Shown one piece after another: positions 18,571 through 28,391 of a stretch of DNA of 42,010 nt. A model generated the notes under the pieces. The model had not been told where the DNA came from, made no database searches, and worked only from the letters and a program-made list of their open reading frames with translations. Source of the DNA: Candidatus Hermodarchaeota archaeon (GTDB lineage: Archaea; Asgardarchaeota; Lokiarchaeia; Sigyniarchaeales; SOKP01); the NCBI GenBank assembly GCA_048885525.1, contig JBHLLP010000031.1, positions 1 through 42,010 on the forward strand, in the 5' to 3' direction. A program made the translations under genes and the position numbers. The first letter of the stretch is position 1; every line of letters begins with the position of its first letter.

Positions 18571-20089
18571 ATTCACCTCCAGTAAATTTCATAATTTCTT
18601 CTTGACTCAGTTTCTTTGCAGGAAATCGTCCATATATACCATTTTTTCCTAATTGATCATATTTTATTGTGGCACACATTGGTAATATTGTAGAATTATC
18701 TTCCATCTTGAGTCCAGGTAACGCCCCATTTGATAAACTAAAAACACAACTATTCCCAATATCTGCTCCAAAAAAAGTTAGATTTTCTTCTCCGTAAACC
18801 CCATCAACTAAATGGTTGGATATATGTGAAAAAGTTCCAACGTAGCAATCTCTACCTAAATTAATATGACTATGAAAAAATGTATCTTCAAATACAGTCC
18901 CTTTTCCAATTTTGTTCGAACCTATAAATCGTAATTCCCAATTAATAAGCCAAGGAAAGGGAGAACGAATAAATGCAAAAATTGGATATTTAAATAAGAA
19001 AGATCTAAAATGATAATAATCCAAAGCCTTAGATGTTTCGTCTAAATTCCGATCAAATACTCCTTGAACATGTCCTCTTTTTTCTGTCATTTTGTAAAAC
19101 CATCTAGTAAAGAGAGCCACAAAAAATAAATGTATTAGGTATAGACTAATAAAGATTAAAGGGGTAAGGAATAGAATTGTAATTACGTTTGGATCTAAGA
19201 GTAAATTTAAAGAAAAAGTAGTTGAGAGCAAATTTGGGACTAAAATTCCAAATAAAAAGATAAAAAATAAAAAACCCGGTAAAATAAAAGAAAATCCAAT
19301 TATAATTATTCCAGCGACTAAATAGAAGTGAAAAGGAACAGATAATTCTTTTGCATGTGCACTTAAATCTTCTTTATTGCATACACTGATTAGATCCATA
19401 TTAAAGATATGACCTTCGAGTTGATTTTTCTTTTTAATTATTTCTGTTTCCTCTATCTTTATTGCAGGAGCACCCCTGTAAATAGAATTTGGTTCCAATC
19501 GTTGATTAATTTTTGTCATAGCAATTGCATCTAGTACTGTATTAGACTCTATAATTGTACCTGGTAAGACGATTGAATGAGCGCCTACAATAACATGGTC
19601 TCTTATTGATACTTTTTTCATAATCAATTTGTCTTTGATGATAATATTAGAAATAACAAAACTACCTTGACCAATTTTAACATTTTTTCCTAATTCAATA
19701 AATTCGCAATCAATCCATCCCTCATGCAATGAATTGGAGAATGAAGTTTTTACACCTAGTAATTTCAAGATTAAAACTTCAAGAAAAGGTAATGACAATT
19801 GTCGTGCCAACCAAATTGGCCATTTTCTTACAACTGCTCTTAGACTCCAATAACAATAGTCTTTATCAATTTTATTTCTTAGGAAGATCCCTTCCTTAGG
19901 TTTATGCATGATATTAATAAATACCAAGAAGATCTTTGCGATAAGAGTAGCACTTATTATCAAAAATATTTCAGCTAAGAAAAAAGCGAATGGAAAAAGT
20001 ATAAAAAATATTAAATTAAGAATAGGAAAGAATTGCCAGAAATACCATAGCCATAACAAAGATGGTTGAGCACTTAAAATAATAATCAA
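18557..20089 (-). CDS. Membrane protein with two TM-hairpin plus left-handed beta-helix repeats
   Basis: Repeat 1: KPKEG...IELGKNVKIGQGS...VIVGAHSIVLPGTII...YRGAPA. Repeat 2: KIGKGTV...LGRDCYVG...SNHLVDG...YGRFPA. The frame is open upstream to 20182. Confidence 0.85.
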   Translation of the reverse strand: MIIILSAQPSLLWLWYFWQFFPILNLIFFILFPFAFFLAEIFLIISATLIAKIFLVFINIMHKPKEGIFLRNKIDKDYCYWSLRAVVRKWPIWLARQLSLPFLEVLILKLLGVKTSFSNSLHEGWIDCEFIELGKNVKIGQGSFVISNIIIKDKLIMKKVSIRDHVIVGAHSIVLPGTIIESNTVLDAIAMTKINQRLEPNSIYRGAPAIKIEETEIIKKKNQLEGHIFNMDLISVCNKEDLSAHAKELSVPFHFYLVAGIIIIGFSFILPGFLFFIFLFGILVPNLLSTTFSLNLLLDPNVITILFLTPLIFISLYLIHLFFVALFTRWFYKMTEKRGHVQGVFDRNLDETSKALDYYHFRSFLFKYPIFAFIRSPFPWLINWELRFIGSNKIGKGTVFEDTFFHSHINLGRDCYVGTFSHISNHLVDGVYGEENLTFFGADIGNSCVFSLSNGALPGLKMEDNSTILPMCATIKYDQLGKNGIYGRFPAKKLSQEEIMKFTGGEYDGE

Positions 20090-20325
20090 AAAATAAAATA
20101 TCAGATATCGTTTTTTAGCAAGAACATTTGTAGTTCTTGGTCCAACTCTTAATGATGATGGAATTGAAATTCTAAAATCACTTTAATTTATCTTATTTTA
20201 AAGCTAAAATATATCAAATTCAGCTAGTAAATTTTTATATAAAAGAATAAATTGGTTTAAATTATTTATTTTTATCCATTTAGAATTATGAGCTTATGAA
20301 GTCAATTTAGGTCATAAAAAATTAA

Positions 20326-20682
20326 CTATTCTATGGTGAAATCTTTAATCATTGAAACTTTTTTGTCAGTATCAATAGTAATGGCAATAAGATTTACTTC
20401 TTCTTCATCTTCTGTTTCTGGATCCATCATAACAAAATAAAATGTATTCCCCTCCGTGTCATATCCAACTTCCATTTCACCACAATCATCTGGTATTATC
20501 TCTTTAATATTTTTAGGAGCATTTTCTTTCAAGATCTCATAGATAGCATCTTCAAGTTTTTTCTGACTTGCTCTAATTTTTTTAATATTTGAGAAATCAA
20601 ATTGTCCCATTGATTCTTGAGCTTTAGAGTTTAACTCATTCCACTCCTGAAACATTTCTTTCAATTTAGGTATTGAAGCCAT
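20326..20682 (-). CDS. Hypothetical protein (acidic C-terminal half)
   Basis: 118-aa ORF with ATG start; no motif recognised. Confidence 0.7.
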   Translation of the reverse strand: MASIPKLKEMFQEWNELNSKAQESMGQFDFSNIKKIRASQKKLEDAIYEILKENAPKNIKEIIPDDCGEMEVGYDTEGNTFYFVMMDPETEDEEEVNLIAITIDTDKKVSMIKDFTIE

Positions 20683-20792
20683 AAATAATCATTAATAGTA
20701 TTTAAAATAAAATTTCTTATTGTCACAGAAATAAATAATAAGTAACTTTTTACTACTATATTGGAATTATTCAATATACATTAGGTGAGATA

Positions 20793-21368
20793 ATGGAACT
20801 CCAACTACCAAAACCCTTATTAGAAGGAAGTAAAAGTATTGAAAGATGTATTTATGACCGAGAGAGTGTTAGAAGTTATAAAAACAAAAGCATTGAAATT
20901 GAAAAGGTTTCACAAATATTATGGGCAACCCAAGGGAAAAAAGGAGATAAAAGAACTGTTCCTTCTGCGGGAGCAACTTATCCATTAGAAATTTATGTAA
21001 CTCTCAAGGATAGGGGATTTTTTAATTATAAGGTTAGGAAACATTCATTAGAATTAATTTCCGAAGAAGATTTGAGTATTAAACTTGCTAGAGCTTCCTT
21101 GGACCAAGATTTTATTGCTGAAGCATATATGAATATTATAATTTGTGCTGAATTCTCAAGAACCACTTGGAGATATGGACAAAGAGGCGTAAGATACGTA
21201 TTTATTGAAGTGGGACATTGTGCGCAAAATATTCACTTAGAGGCTGTAGCCTTAGGTTTAGCATCAGTACCGATTGGCGCTTTTGAAGATGATCAAGTAA
21301 AAAAAGTCCTTAACCTTCCTAAAAAGATTGAACCCCTTTATATCATACCTATTGGATATCCTAGATAA
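20793..21368 (+). CDS. SagB/ThcOx-type nitroreductase-family flavoprotein
   Basis: RESVRSY, RTVPSAGATYPLEIY, RYGQRGVRYVFIEVGHCAQN and IGAFEDD. Confidence 0.9.
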   Translation: MELQLPKPLLEGSKSIERCIYDRESVRSYKNKSIEIEKVSQILWATQGKKGDKRTVPSAGATYPLEIYVTLKDRGFFNYKVRKHSLELISEEDLSIKLARASLDQDFIAEAYMNIIICAEFSRTTWRYGQRGVRYVFIEVGHCAQNIHLEAVALGLASVPIGAFEDDQVKKVLNLPKKIEPLYIIPIGYPR

Positions 21369-21421
21369 GAGGAGTAAATGATTCGTTTAAATGTCTAAAA
21401 ATATTTCAATTAATCTAATTA

Positions 21422-21967
21422 TTAGAACTTTTGTGCTTCAAACTCTGCTTTTTCTATAGAGAAATACATTGCTTTAGAAGAAATCTTTTTTAATTGTTTC
21501 TGTCCCATGTATTTCATTCCTATTCTTTCAGCAACTTTCCATAACTGTGAGCTTTCAGGATTTAGATAGGCAATTACTTTAGAAATATTTAACCTAGAAA
21601 AGGCATAATCTATTAGTTTCTTCATCGCCTCTATAGCAAATCCATAACCTCTAAATCTTGGTAATAATGCATAGAAGCATTCTACTATTTTATCATTCTT
21701 TAAAGATATTAACCCACAGAGTCCAATACTCTTTTCACTCTCTTTAATTATGATCTCTAAAGCAATGATTTGCTTTGAACTGGTATAAGAGTTGATTATA
21801 GAGTGAAATAGATCATCAAAATTTTCCCTGATTTCATTTTTTAAAACAAACTTTAAGTTTTTGGATACATGAGCATCATTAATAATATGTGAAAAAACAT
21901 CAATAGTATCGTGAGTAATTGGTCTAAGTATGAGTCTTTTAGATTCTAATAGAGAAGGAACATCCAT
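21422..21967 (-). CDS. GNAT acetyltransferase (RimJ/RimL-like)
   Basis: LESKRLILRP, FRGYGFAIEA and KVAERIGM. Confidence 0.85.
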   Translation of the reverse strand: MDVPSLLESKRLILRPITHDTIDVFSHIINDAHVSKNLKFVLKNEIRENFDDLFHSIINSYTSSKQIIALEIIIKESEKSIGLCGLISLKNDKIVECFYALLPRFRGYGFAIEAMKKLIDYAFSRLNISKVIAYLNPESSQLWKVAERIGMKYMGQKQLKKISSKAMYFSIEKAEFEAQKF

Positions 21968-22065
21968 GATTTACTTTAGTTATATAAGGTATATGTTATT
22001 AAATTCTTAAGGTTGTATAAATATATATAATTTCAAATTAATTATAGTCTACTCTGATAATTTTT

Positions 22066-22881
22066 ATGAACTACAATTATAACCCTACAAATGAAAAAAT
22101 TAGAAACAGAAATATATATAATTCCATCATTTTTTTGGTTTTTCTATTTTGGTTTTCTTATTCTACGTTTGAAGAAGTTTCTATTCTAATATTATTAAGT
22201 TTAGTGACTTTTTTAGTAATTCTTACCAAATTCATGATAGATCGAAAATATGGATTTACTGAAAAAGAAATATTAGTTTATGTTCTACTATTTTTGATCC
22301 CATTCTATTTATATATCAATATTATCTTATTTATTAACGATTTACCTGCGTTTTTCATTCCATTTTATAGTTTAGTTGGAATACGACATAATCACAATAT
22401 CCTTTTATTTCTTCTCTATTTCTCAGTAATTCTGTTAAAAATAATTGGGATTAAAATTTACTTCTCAAAAAATGTAAAAACTATTAAAAACGGAAGCGGA
22501 GATGAGATTTTTAAGTATTTTACACGAGATTTGACATATAAAAGGGTTTTACTTCTAATATTTTTCTTTTCGCTTGCTGCATTTGTGGAGGAATTGATAT
22601 ATCGAAGTTTCCTTCTTAGCATTTTTGTTTACTATTTTAATTGGAGTTTTATTTTAAGTATAATTCTTATCTCAGTTATTTTTGGATTAGTTCATTACTC
22701 TACTACAAAAAATTGGAGTCATGTAATTTCAACCCTTATATCCTCCATAGTATACTCGCTTGCTCTGATTTATTTAGGATTATTATATCCTTGGATATTC
22801 CACCTTGCGACTAATCTTTTTGTTTTATTATTTTATTACCAAGCGTTTAGAAAGAATGCTAACGTTGAAGTAAAGAACTAA
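22066..22881 (+). CDS. CPBP family intramembrane protease
   Basis: AFVEELIYRSF, IFGLVHY and FHLATN; multi-TM. Confidence 0.85.
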   Translation: MNYNYNPTNEKIRNRNIYNSIIFLVFLFWFSYSTFEEVSILILLSLVTFLVILTKFMIDRKYGFTEKEILVYVLLFLIPFYLYINIILFINDLPAFFIPFYSLVGIRHNHNILLFLLYFSVILLKIIGIKIYFSKNVKTIKNGSGDEIFKYFTRDLTYKRVLLLIFFFSLAAFVEELIYRSFLLSIFVYYFNWSFILSIILISVIFGLVHYSTTKNWSHVISTLISSIVYSLALIYLGLLYPWIFHLATNLFVLLFYYQAFRKNANVEVKN

Positions 22882-23070
22882 AGAGCCATTCTTTAGCTAA
22901 AAATCACTTAGAGTATTACATTACCAAGTAAAGAATGTTATTTATTAAGTTTCTAAACTATATACTTTAAAAATCATATGGAAATAATTAAATCAAAAAT
23001 AATCTTAATAATATGACTATTGTTTGATTAAGTTAGCAAACTTTTAAAATGCTTATTTAAAAGTAAGATT

Positions 23071-23715
23071 ATGACTCAAAAAATTCTAATTTTGACGGGA
23101 GACTTTGTTGATGATTATGAATTAATGGTGCCTTATTGTGTCCTTACTATGTTTGGTTGCGAAGTTAAAATTATATGTCCCGGAAGAGGAAAGGGTGAAT
23201 TTATAAAAACTGCAATTCATTACATTTCTATAGAAGATTGGGAATTAGCATTACAGAGAAAGCCCATAACATATTCAGAATCACTTGGCCATCCTTACAG
23301 ATTAAATGAAGATTTCGATTGGGAAAATGTAGAGGAAGAAGTTGCGAATTATGATGGGCTTATTATTCCTGGTGGGAGGGCTCCAGAATATTTGTCATTA
23401 GTTCCTGAGGTACAAAAACTAGTTTCACACTTTATAGATAATAATAAACCCATAGGAGCAATTTGCCATGGGGTTCAAGTTTTAGCTTATTCTGATGCTG
23501 CTTTTAAAAAAATAAATTTTTTGAAAGATAAGAAAATTTATCCATATCCCTCTGTCGCATTAGAGTGTTCCTTACAAGGAGCAATAATAGATGATGAATA
23601 CCCTCCCAATATTGCTTATACACAAGACAAACTTGTAACAGCTCCATCTTGGGATGCATTGCCCGAATTTATGAGACAATTTCTTAATCTGTTAAACTTG
23701 ATTAAATTACCATAA
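23071..23715 (+). CDS. DJ-1/PfpI family protein
   Basis: GDFVDDYE, IIPGGRAPEYL, AICHG nucleophile and LVTAPSW. Confidence 0.9.
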   Translation: MTQKILILTGDFVDDYELMVPYCVLTMFGCEVKIICPGRGKGEFIKTAIHYISIEDWELALQRKPITYSESLGHPYRLNEDFDWENVEEEVANYDGLIIPGGRAPEYLSLVPEVQKLVSHFIDNNKPIGAICHGVQVLAYSDAAFKKINFLKDKKIYPYPSVALECSLQGAIIDDEYPPNIAYTQDKLVTAPSWDALPEFMRQFLNLLNLIKLP

Positions 23716-23754
23716 AAGACTTAAAATATAGTTAAATTCTATCATAAATAAACA

Positions 23755-24945
23755 ATGCCATCATTTGATTTTGGTAAGGAATATTTACTTCTTGGACTCC
23801 GCATGGATAAATTAATTGATGGATTTGTTGATGCGTATTACGGTCCATCAGAATTGAAAGCCCTTGTTGAGAGTGAAAAACCACTCTCCCCTAAAAATCT
23901 TTTAACATCATGTAAAAACCTCCAAAAACAACTTTACAATCAGGGATTTACAGAAGAACGTGTTAGATTTTTAGAAAAAACACTTGGGGCTATAGAGACC
24001 TCTTTAAATATTAATATTGGAGAAGATTTACATTTTCTAGATAAAGTGGAGAGATTATATGATATTAAACCTGAATTAATTGAAGATTCAATATTTTATA
24101 AACTCAAGGAGAAATTAGATTCAGTTTATAAAGGATCAGGACCGTTTCTGGATCGGTTTAATGCATTTTGGAAAAAACATGAACTATCAAAAAAACAATT
24201 GGAAAAAAAGTTTACTCACACTCTCAAATTAATACGAGATAAAACTTATGAATTATTTCAAGATATAATGCCTGAAAACGAAGAGATTTCAATTAAATTA
24301 GTTAAAAATAAGCCATGGCGTGCATATAATTGGTATTTAGGTCAAACGAAATCTAGAATAGAAATCAATACTGATATACCATTTTATTGTATGGGTGTTT
24401 TAAAGCTTATTACCCATGAGGCATATCCAGGACATCATACTGAACATGTTATTAAAGAAAAACACCTTTTTATTGATAAGAAAAGATTTGAGCACTGTAT
24501 TCTTTTGATTCCCACCCCTGAATCCGTTATCTCTGAAGGCATTGGAAATACAGCAGCAGATTTTCTTTTTTCAGATGAAGAGAAGGGGCAGATAATTTTG
24601 GAGGAATTGTGCCATGATCCATCAAACAATGATTTAGAAATTTTTATAAGTCATTATCCAACTCAAGGCAAAATAAATAAACTATTAAATAATCTAGCAA
24701 TTTTAGCTTACGTAAATGGATGGTCCGACGATAAACTAATAAAATATGCTTTAGATTTTGAATTGATAATGGAAAAAGAAATAAGGCAAACATTAAAATT
24801 TATTAGACATCCTCTGTGGTCTACATACATTTTTAATTATTCTTATGGAGAAACTCTAATTAAACAAAAATTTGGCACTCGCCCTTCTCCAAAAGATTTT
24901 AAAATGCTTCTAACTCATCCCATCTTACCCTCAGATCTGGAATAA
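23755..24945 (+). CDS. DUF885-like putative metallopeptidase
   Basis: VDAYYGP, HEAYPGHHTEH and SEGIG. Confidence 0.7.
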   Translation: MPSFDFGKEYLLLGLRMDKLIDGFVDAYYGPSELKALVESEKPLSPKNLLTSCKNLQKQLYNQGFTEERVRFLEKTLGAIETSLNINIGEDLHFLDKVERLYDIKPELIEDSIFYKLKEKLDSVYKGSGPFLDRFNAFWKKHELSKKQLEKKFTHTLKLIRDKTYELFQDIMPENEEISIKLVKNKPWRAYNWYLGQTKSRIEINTDIPFYCMGVLKLITHEAYPGHHTEHVIKEKHLFIDKKRFEHCILLIPTPESVISEGIGNTAADFLFSDEEKGQIILEELCHDPSNNDLEIFISHYPTQGKINKLLNNLAILAYVNGWSDDKLIKYALDFELIMEKEIRQTLKFIRHPLWSTYIFNYSYGETLIKQKFGTRPSPKDFKMLLTHPILPSDLE

Positions 24946-24967
24946 TCCAAATAAACATGATTTTATT

Positions 24968-25783
24968 ATGAAAATTGAATTTCGAGAAGCTAAAAGCATT
25001 ATAACAAAGAGTAATATCCCCTCAGTTGATTATGTAATTAATCCATATACAGGTTGCCAGCATGGTTGTATTTATTGCTATGCTGAATTTATGATAAGAT
25101 TTACAGGTCATAAGGGTGATAAATGGGGACAGTTTTTAGATATAAAAACTTTTGATATCAATAAAATAAAACCTCAAAAGTATAGTGGAAAAATAATTCT
25201 ATTAAGTTCAGTAACGGATCCATATTTACCCTTGGAAAAGAAATATCAAAATACGAGAAAAATATTACAAAGGTTAGTTGGAACTGATGCTGAAATCTCA
25301 ATTCTCACTAAGTCTAAATTGGTTGTTAGAGATATTGATCTATTTAAAAAGTTTAAAAAGATTAGAGTTGGTATCTCTATTAGTACCTTGAATGAAGATT
25401 TCGCAAGAATTATTGAACGAGCGGCATCAAAACCTTTAGAACGATTAGATGCTATTAAGCAAATTTATGAAGCAGGTATTGAAACATATACATTTATATC
25501 CCCCTTTTTTCCAGAAATTACTGATTATAAAGCAATTATTGAAGAGTTTAGAGAATATTCTACTCGTTTCAGCTTTGAGAATTTAAATTTCAGGCCTCAT
25601 AATGTTCCCAGAATAATGAAAATAATTAAACAATTTTATCCAAAGCTAATTTCAAAATATAAAATCATTCAAAAAGATCGAAGTTATTGGGATATTCTCG
25701 AGGATGAGATTAAGGATTACTGTGAAGTTAAAAATCTTAATTATTCAATTGAATTTCACCATGGAGGATTTTCAAAAAGTTAA
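24968..25783 (+). CDS. Radical SAM protein (SplB/DNA-repair photolyase-like family)
   Basis: INPYTGCQHGCIYCYA (CxxxCxxC), SSVTDPY and ILTKS. Confidence 0.9.
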   Translation: MKIEFREAKSIITKSNIPSVDYVINPYTGCQHGCIYCYAEFMIRFTGHKGDKWGQFLDIKTFDINKIKPQKYSGKIILLSSVTDPYLPLEKKYQNTRKILQRLVGTDAEISILTKSKLVVRDIDLFKKFKKIRVGISISTLNEDFARIIERAASKPLERLDAIKQIYEAGIETYTFISPFFPEITDYKAIIEEFREYSTRFSFENLNFRPHNVPRIMKIIKQFYPKLISKYKIIQKDRSYWDILEDEIKDYCEVKNLNYSIEFHHGGFSKS

Positions 25784-25828
25784 AACTCTATTTAATATTA
25801 TTACTTTTATTAACCAATTTTTAGTTAA

Positions 25829-26470
25829 ATGCCCAGCGGAGTAATTAGTCATCAAGCACCTGGATTGATATTAAAGATAAAATATCCGAGTAAGTTTGAT
25901 GGGACAGCTTTATGTATAAGTACATTAGTTCCTGATTTAAATGTATTAGTTGACCCCTTTTTACTATTTTCATTCCGAAATTTTACTCATAGCTTATTAG
26001 GATTACTGATTTATTCTATACCTTTAACAATAATATTAACAATTATTTTTTGTAGAAATATTTGTCCATTTATAGCTAACATTGCGAAAAGAGATAATTT
26101 GATATATAAACCTTTGAAATATTTTGGTGTAGATGAATGGGATAATTTAAAGAAAAAAAAGTATAATAGCAGATATTTTATTGTTGCATTTTATTCTGCA
26201 CTTATTGGAGGTTTAACACATCTAATACTTGATCTTCCTGCACATGAATATGTAGAATTGTTTTTTCCAATAATTTTTCAAAATCCAGATTTTTTATTAT
26301 ATTCAATAGTAGATTTTGGTCCTGTTACTATTGGTTCAATACAAATTGAACGTGATTTAACAATTTATCAACTCATATGGACCATTGAAACATTATTTAC
26401 ATTAATTATTTCTCTTTACCTACTGAGATATATTAAAAAACGTAATTTAATTAACAAATGGTACGAATAG
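25829..26470 (+). CDS. DUF4184/metal-dependent hydrolase-like membrane protein
   Basis: SHQA, VPDL, THSL and THLILDLPAH motifs. Confidence 0.7.
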   Translation: MPSGVISHQAPGLILKIKYPSKFDGTALCISTLVPDLNVLVDPFLLFSFRNFTHSLLGLLIYSIPLTIILTIIFCRNICPFIANIAKRDNLIYKPLKYFGVDEWDNLKKKKYNSRYFIVAFYSALIGGLTHLILDLPAHEYVELFFPIIFQNPDFLLYSIVDFGPVTIGSIQIERDLTIYQLIWTIETLFTLIISLYLLRYIKKRNLINKWYE

Positions 26471-26607
26471 GTTAAAATTCAATACATTCATCAATCGAAA
26501 TATTTATTAAATCTCTCTAATATCTTGATTTGTTAAAATATTTATAGAAAAAGAGTTTTTAAAAAGAACCTTTTTAATTTTTTAAATGTATAAATTTGTG
26601 AAAAATT

Positions 26608-27918
26608 ATGTCTGATAGAAGCAATAATTCAGGATTAATAAGCCCCGTCATATTAAAACTTCAAGAAAGCATTAAAATTAATAAAGATAAAGCGATATCA
26701 GAATTTTGGGGACAAATTGAAAGATCAGGAACCCCCATTTTTGAAGAGATTCAAGGGGATGATAAATATAGTCTTATTACTTTTATTGTACGAGAGGATG
26801 AAGAGGTACAGAATATTATTTGCTACAATGCATTTTTAGCTGGGGATATAAAAGAAGGTGTACTTGAGAGAATTGAAAATACTAATGTATATTTTAAAAC
26901 ATATAAAGTATTAAAAGGGATAAGGGATACTTATAATTTTTGTAAAAATAATCCACTTATTCCTAAAAATCCCTCTGAAAACCTTTTTAAATTTGGAAAC
27001 TTGGTTTTTACTGATCCTTTTAACTCTAAAATCCAACAATTCAGAGTAGGTGGATTTCTACTTCCTCTCAGTGAATTTGAATCTCCAGATGCTGCTCCAC
27101 AACCTTATTACGGTGAGAGAAGGAATATAGACCACGGGAAAGTTCGACAATTTATATCTAGCAGTAAAATTTTAGACATTAATAGAAATATCTTAGTTTA
27201 TACTCCCCCAAATTACTCTAAGGATCATTCTCCTTATTACTTTCTTTTATTATTTGATGGATTAATATTTGAAGAACATGCTAAAGTATCTTCCACTATC
27301 GATAATCTCATCGTAGAAGATAAAATTCCTCCTTTAGTCGCTGTTATGATAGAAAATTTCTTGCCTACAAGTATTGCTCAAAGATCTTACGAATTACCTC
27401 CTAATCCAAAATTTTTAGAATATATTATTAAAGAATTAATACCATGGATACGAGAAAATTATAATATAACATCAGATCCAACTCAATCAGTTATTGCTGG
27501 AGCTAGTTATGGTGGTCTTGCAGCTAGCTTTATAGCTTTCAAAAATCCAGAGATCTTTCGTAATGTTTTGTCTATGTCAGGAGCTTATTCTTGGTATCCT
27601 GGAGCAGAAAATTGGATGCAATATGTAAAGGATATTAAAGAATTAGAGCATTGGTGGGCGGAAGAAGAAGAAAGGGAAGAAGAATGGCTTGTAAAAAAAT
27701 TTGCTCAAACTGAAAAATTGCCATTAAAATTTTACCTAGATGTTGGTATACTTGAGGAACATGATCCGAATCAATTATTTATTTCTAACCGTCATTTCAA
27801 TAAAATTTTAGGAACTAAAGGTTATCCCGTTTTCTATGTAGAGTTTCTAGGAGGGCATGATTTTATCTGTTGGCGAGGTTCAATAGCTGATGGGCTTATA
27901 TACTTAATAGGAAAATAG
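26608..27918 (+). CDS. Enterochelin-esterase (Fes)-like alpha/beta hydrolase with an N-terminal DUF3327-like domain
   Basis: FW..I...GTPI, DPFN, VYTPP, LLFDG, GASYGG and GGHDFICWRG. Confidence 0.8.
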   Translation: MSDRSNNSGLISPVILKLQESIKINKDKAISEFWGQIERSGTPIFEEIQGDDKYSLITFIVREDEEVQNIICYNAFLAGDIKEGVLERIENTNVYFKTYKVLKGIRDTYNFCKNNPLIPKNPSENLFKFGNLVFTDPFNSKIQQFRVGGFLLPLSEFESPDAAPQPYYGERRNIDHGKVRQFISSSKILDINRNILVYTPPNYSKDHSPYYFLLLFDGLIFEEHAKVSSTIDNLIVEDKIPPLVAVMIENFLPTSIAQRSYELPPNPKFLEYIIKELIPWIRENYNITSDPTQSVIAGASYGGLAASFIAFKNPEIFRNVLSMSGAYSWYPGAENWMQYVKDIKELEHWWAEEEEREEEWLVKKFAQTEKLPLKFYLDVGILEEHDPNQLFISNRHFNKILGTKGYPVFYVEFLGGHDFICWRGSIADGLIYLIGK

Positions 27919-28391
27919 AAAAATTATAACCTTCTTTTTTTTAAGTGATAAATTTACTTTATTTCAACATTTTTTATATGTGAATTATAAGTAAATTCAA
28001 CAATAAGAATTTAAAAAAAAAAATTATTTTTAATTTTCGATCGATAATGATCAAAATTTGAGTATTTCATATTAGATTATAAAAGTGAAGTAGAAGATAG
28101 TCAGTAATCTCTGTAAAAATAGTAGTAAAATGTAAATTTTAGTGGTAAAAATTTATGAATTACCAGCAAAATTTAAAGAGCTAACTACTTTTATTCTACT
28201 TGATTCATAAGAAATATTGATTAGTTTTTAGCAGTTATAAGCAGCAGTTTTAACAAATTTCACTTTATTTTATAAAAGTGTTAATAATGGTAAAAAAAAA
28301 GTAAATATATATAAAGAATTTTAATGATTTAGTATATTAGTTATGAATTCTTTTCTAATTGAGAAGAAAATCGTTTTAATTGGAGGGGTGT

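Noticed and set aside
20793-25783. RiPP/TOMM cluster suggested by a SagB-like oxidase, CPBP protease, GNAT and radical SAM
   Set aside because: No YcaO/E1-like cyclodehydratase and no Cys/Ser/Thr-rich precursor; mixed orientations; the radical SAM is SplB-like without a SPASM domain; stand-alone SagB-type nitroreductases are common in archaea.
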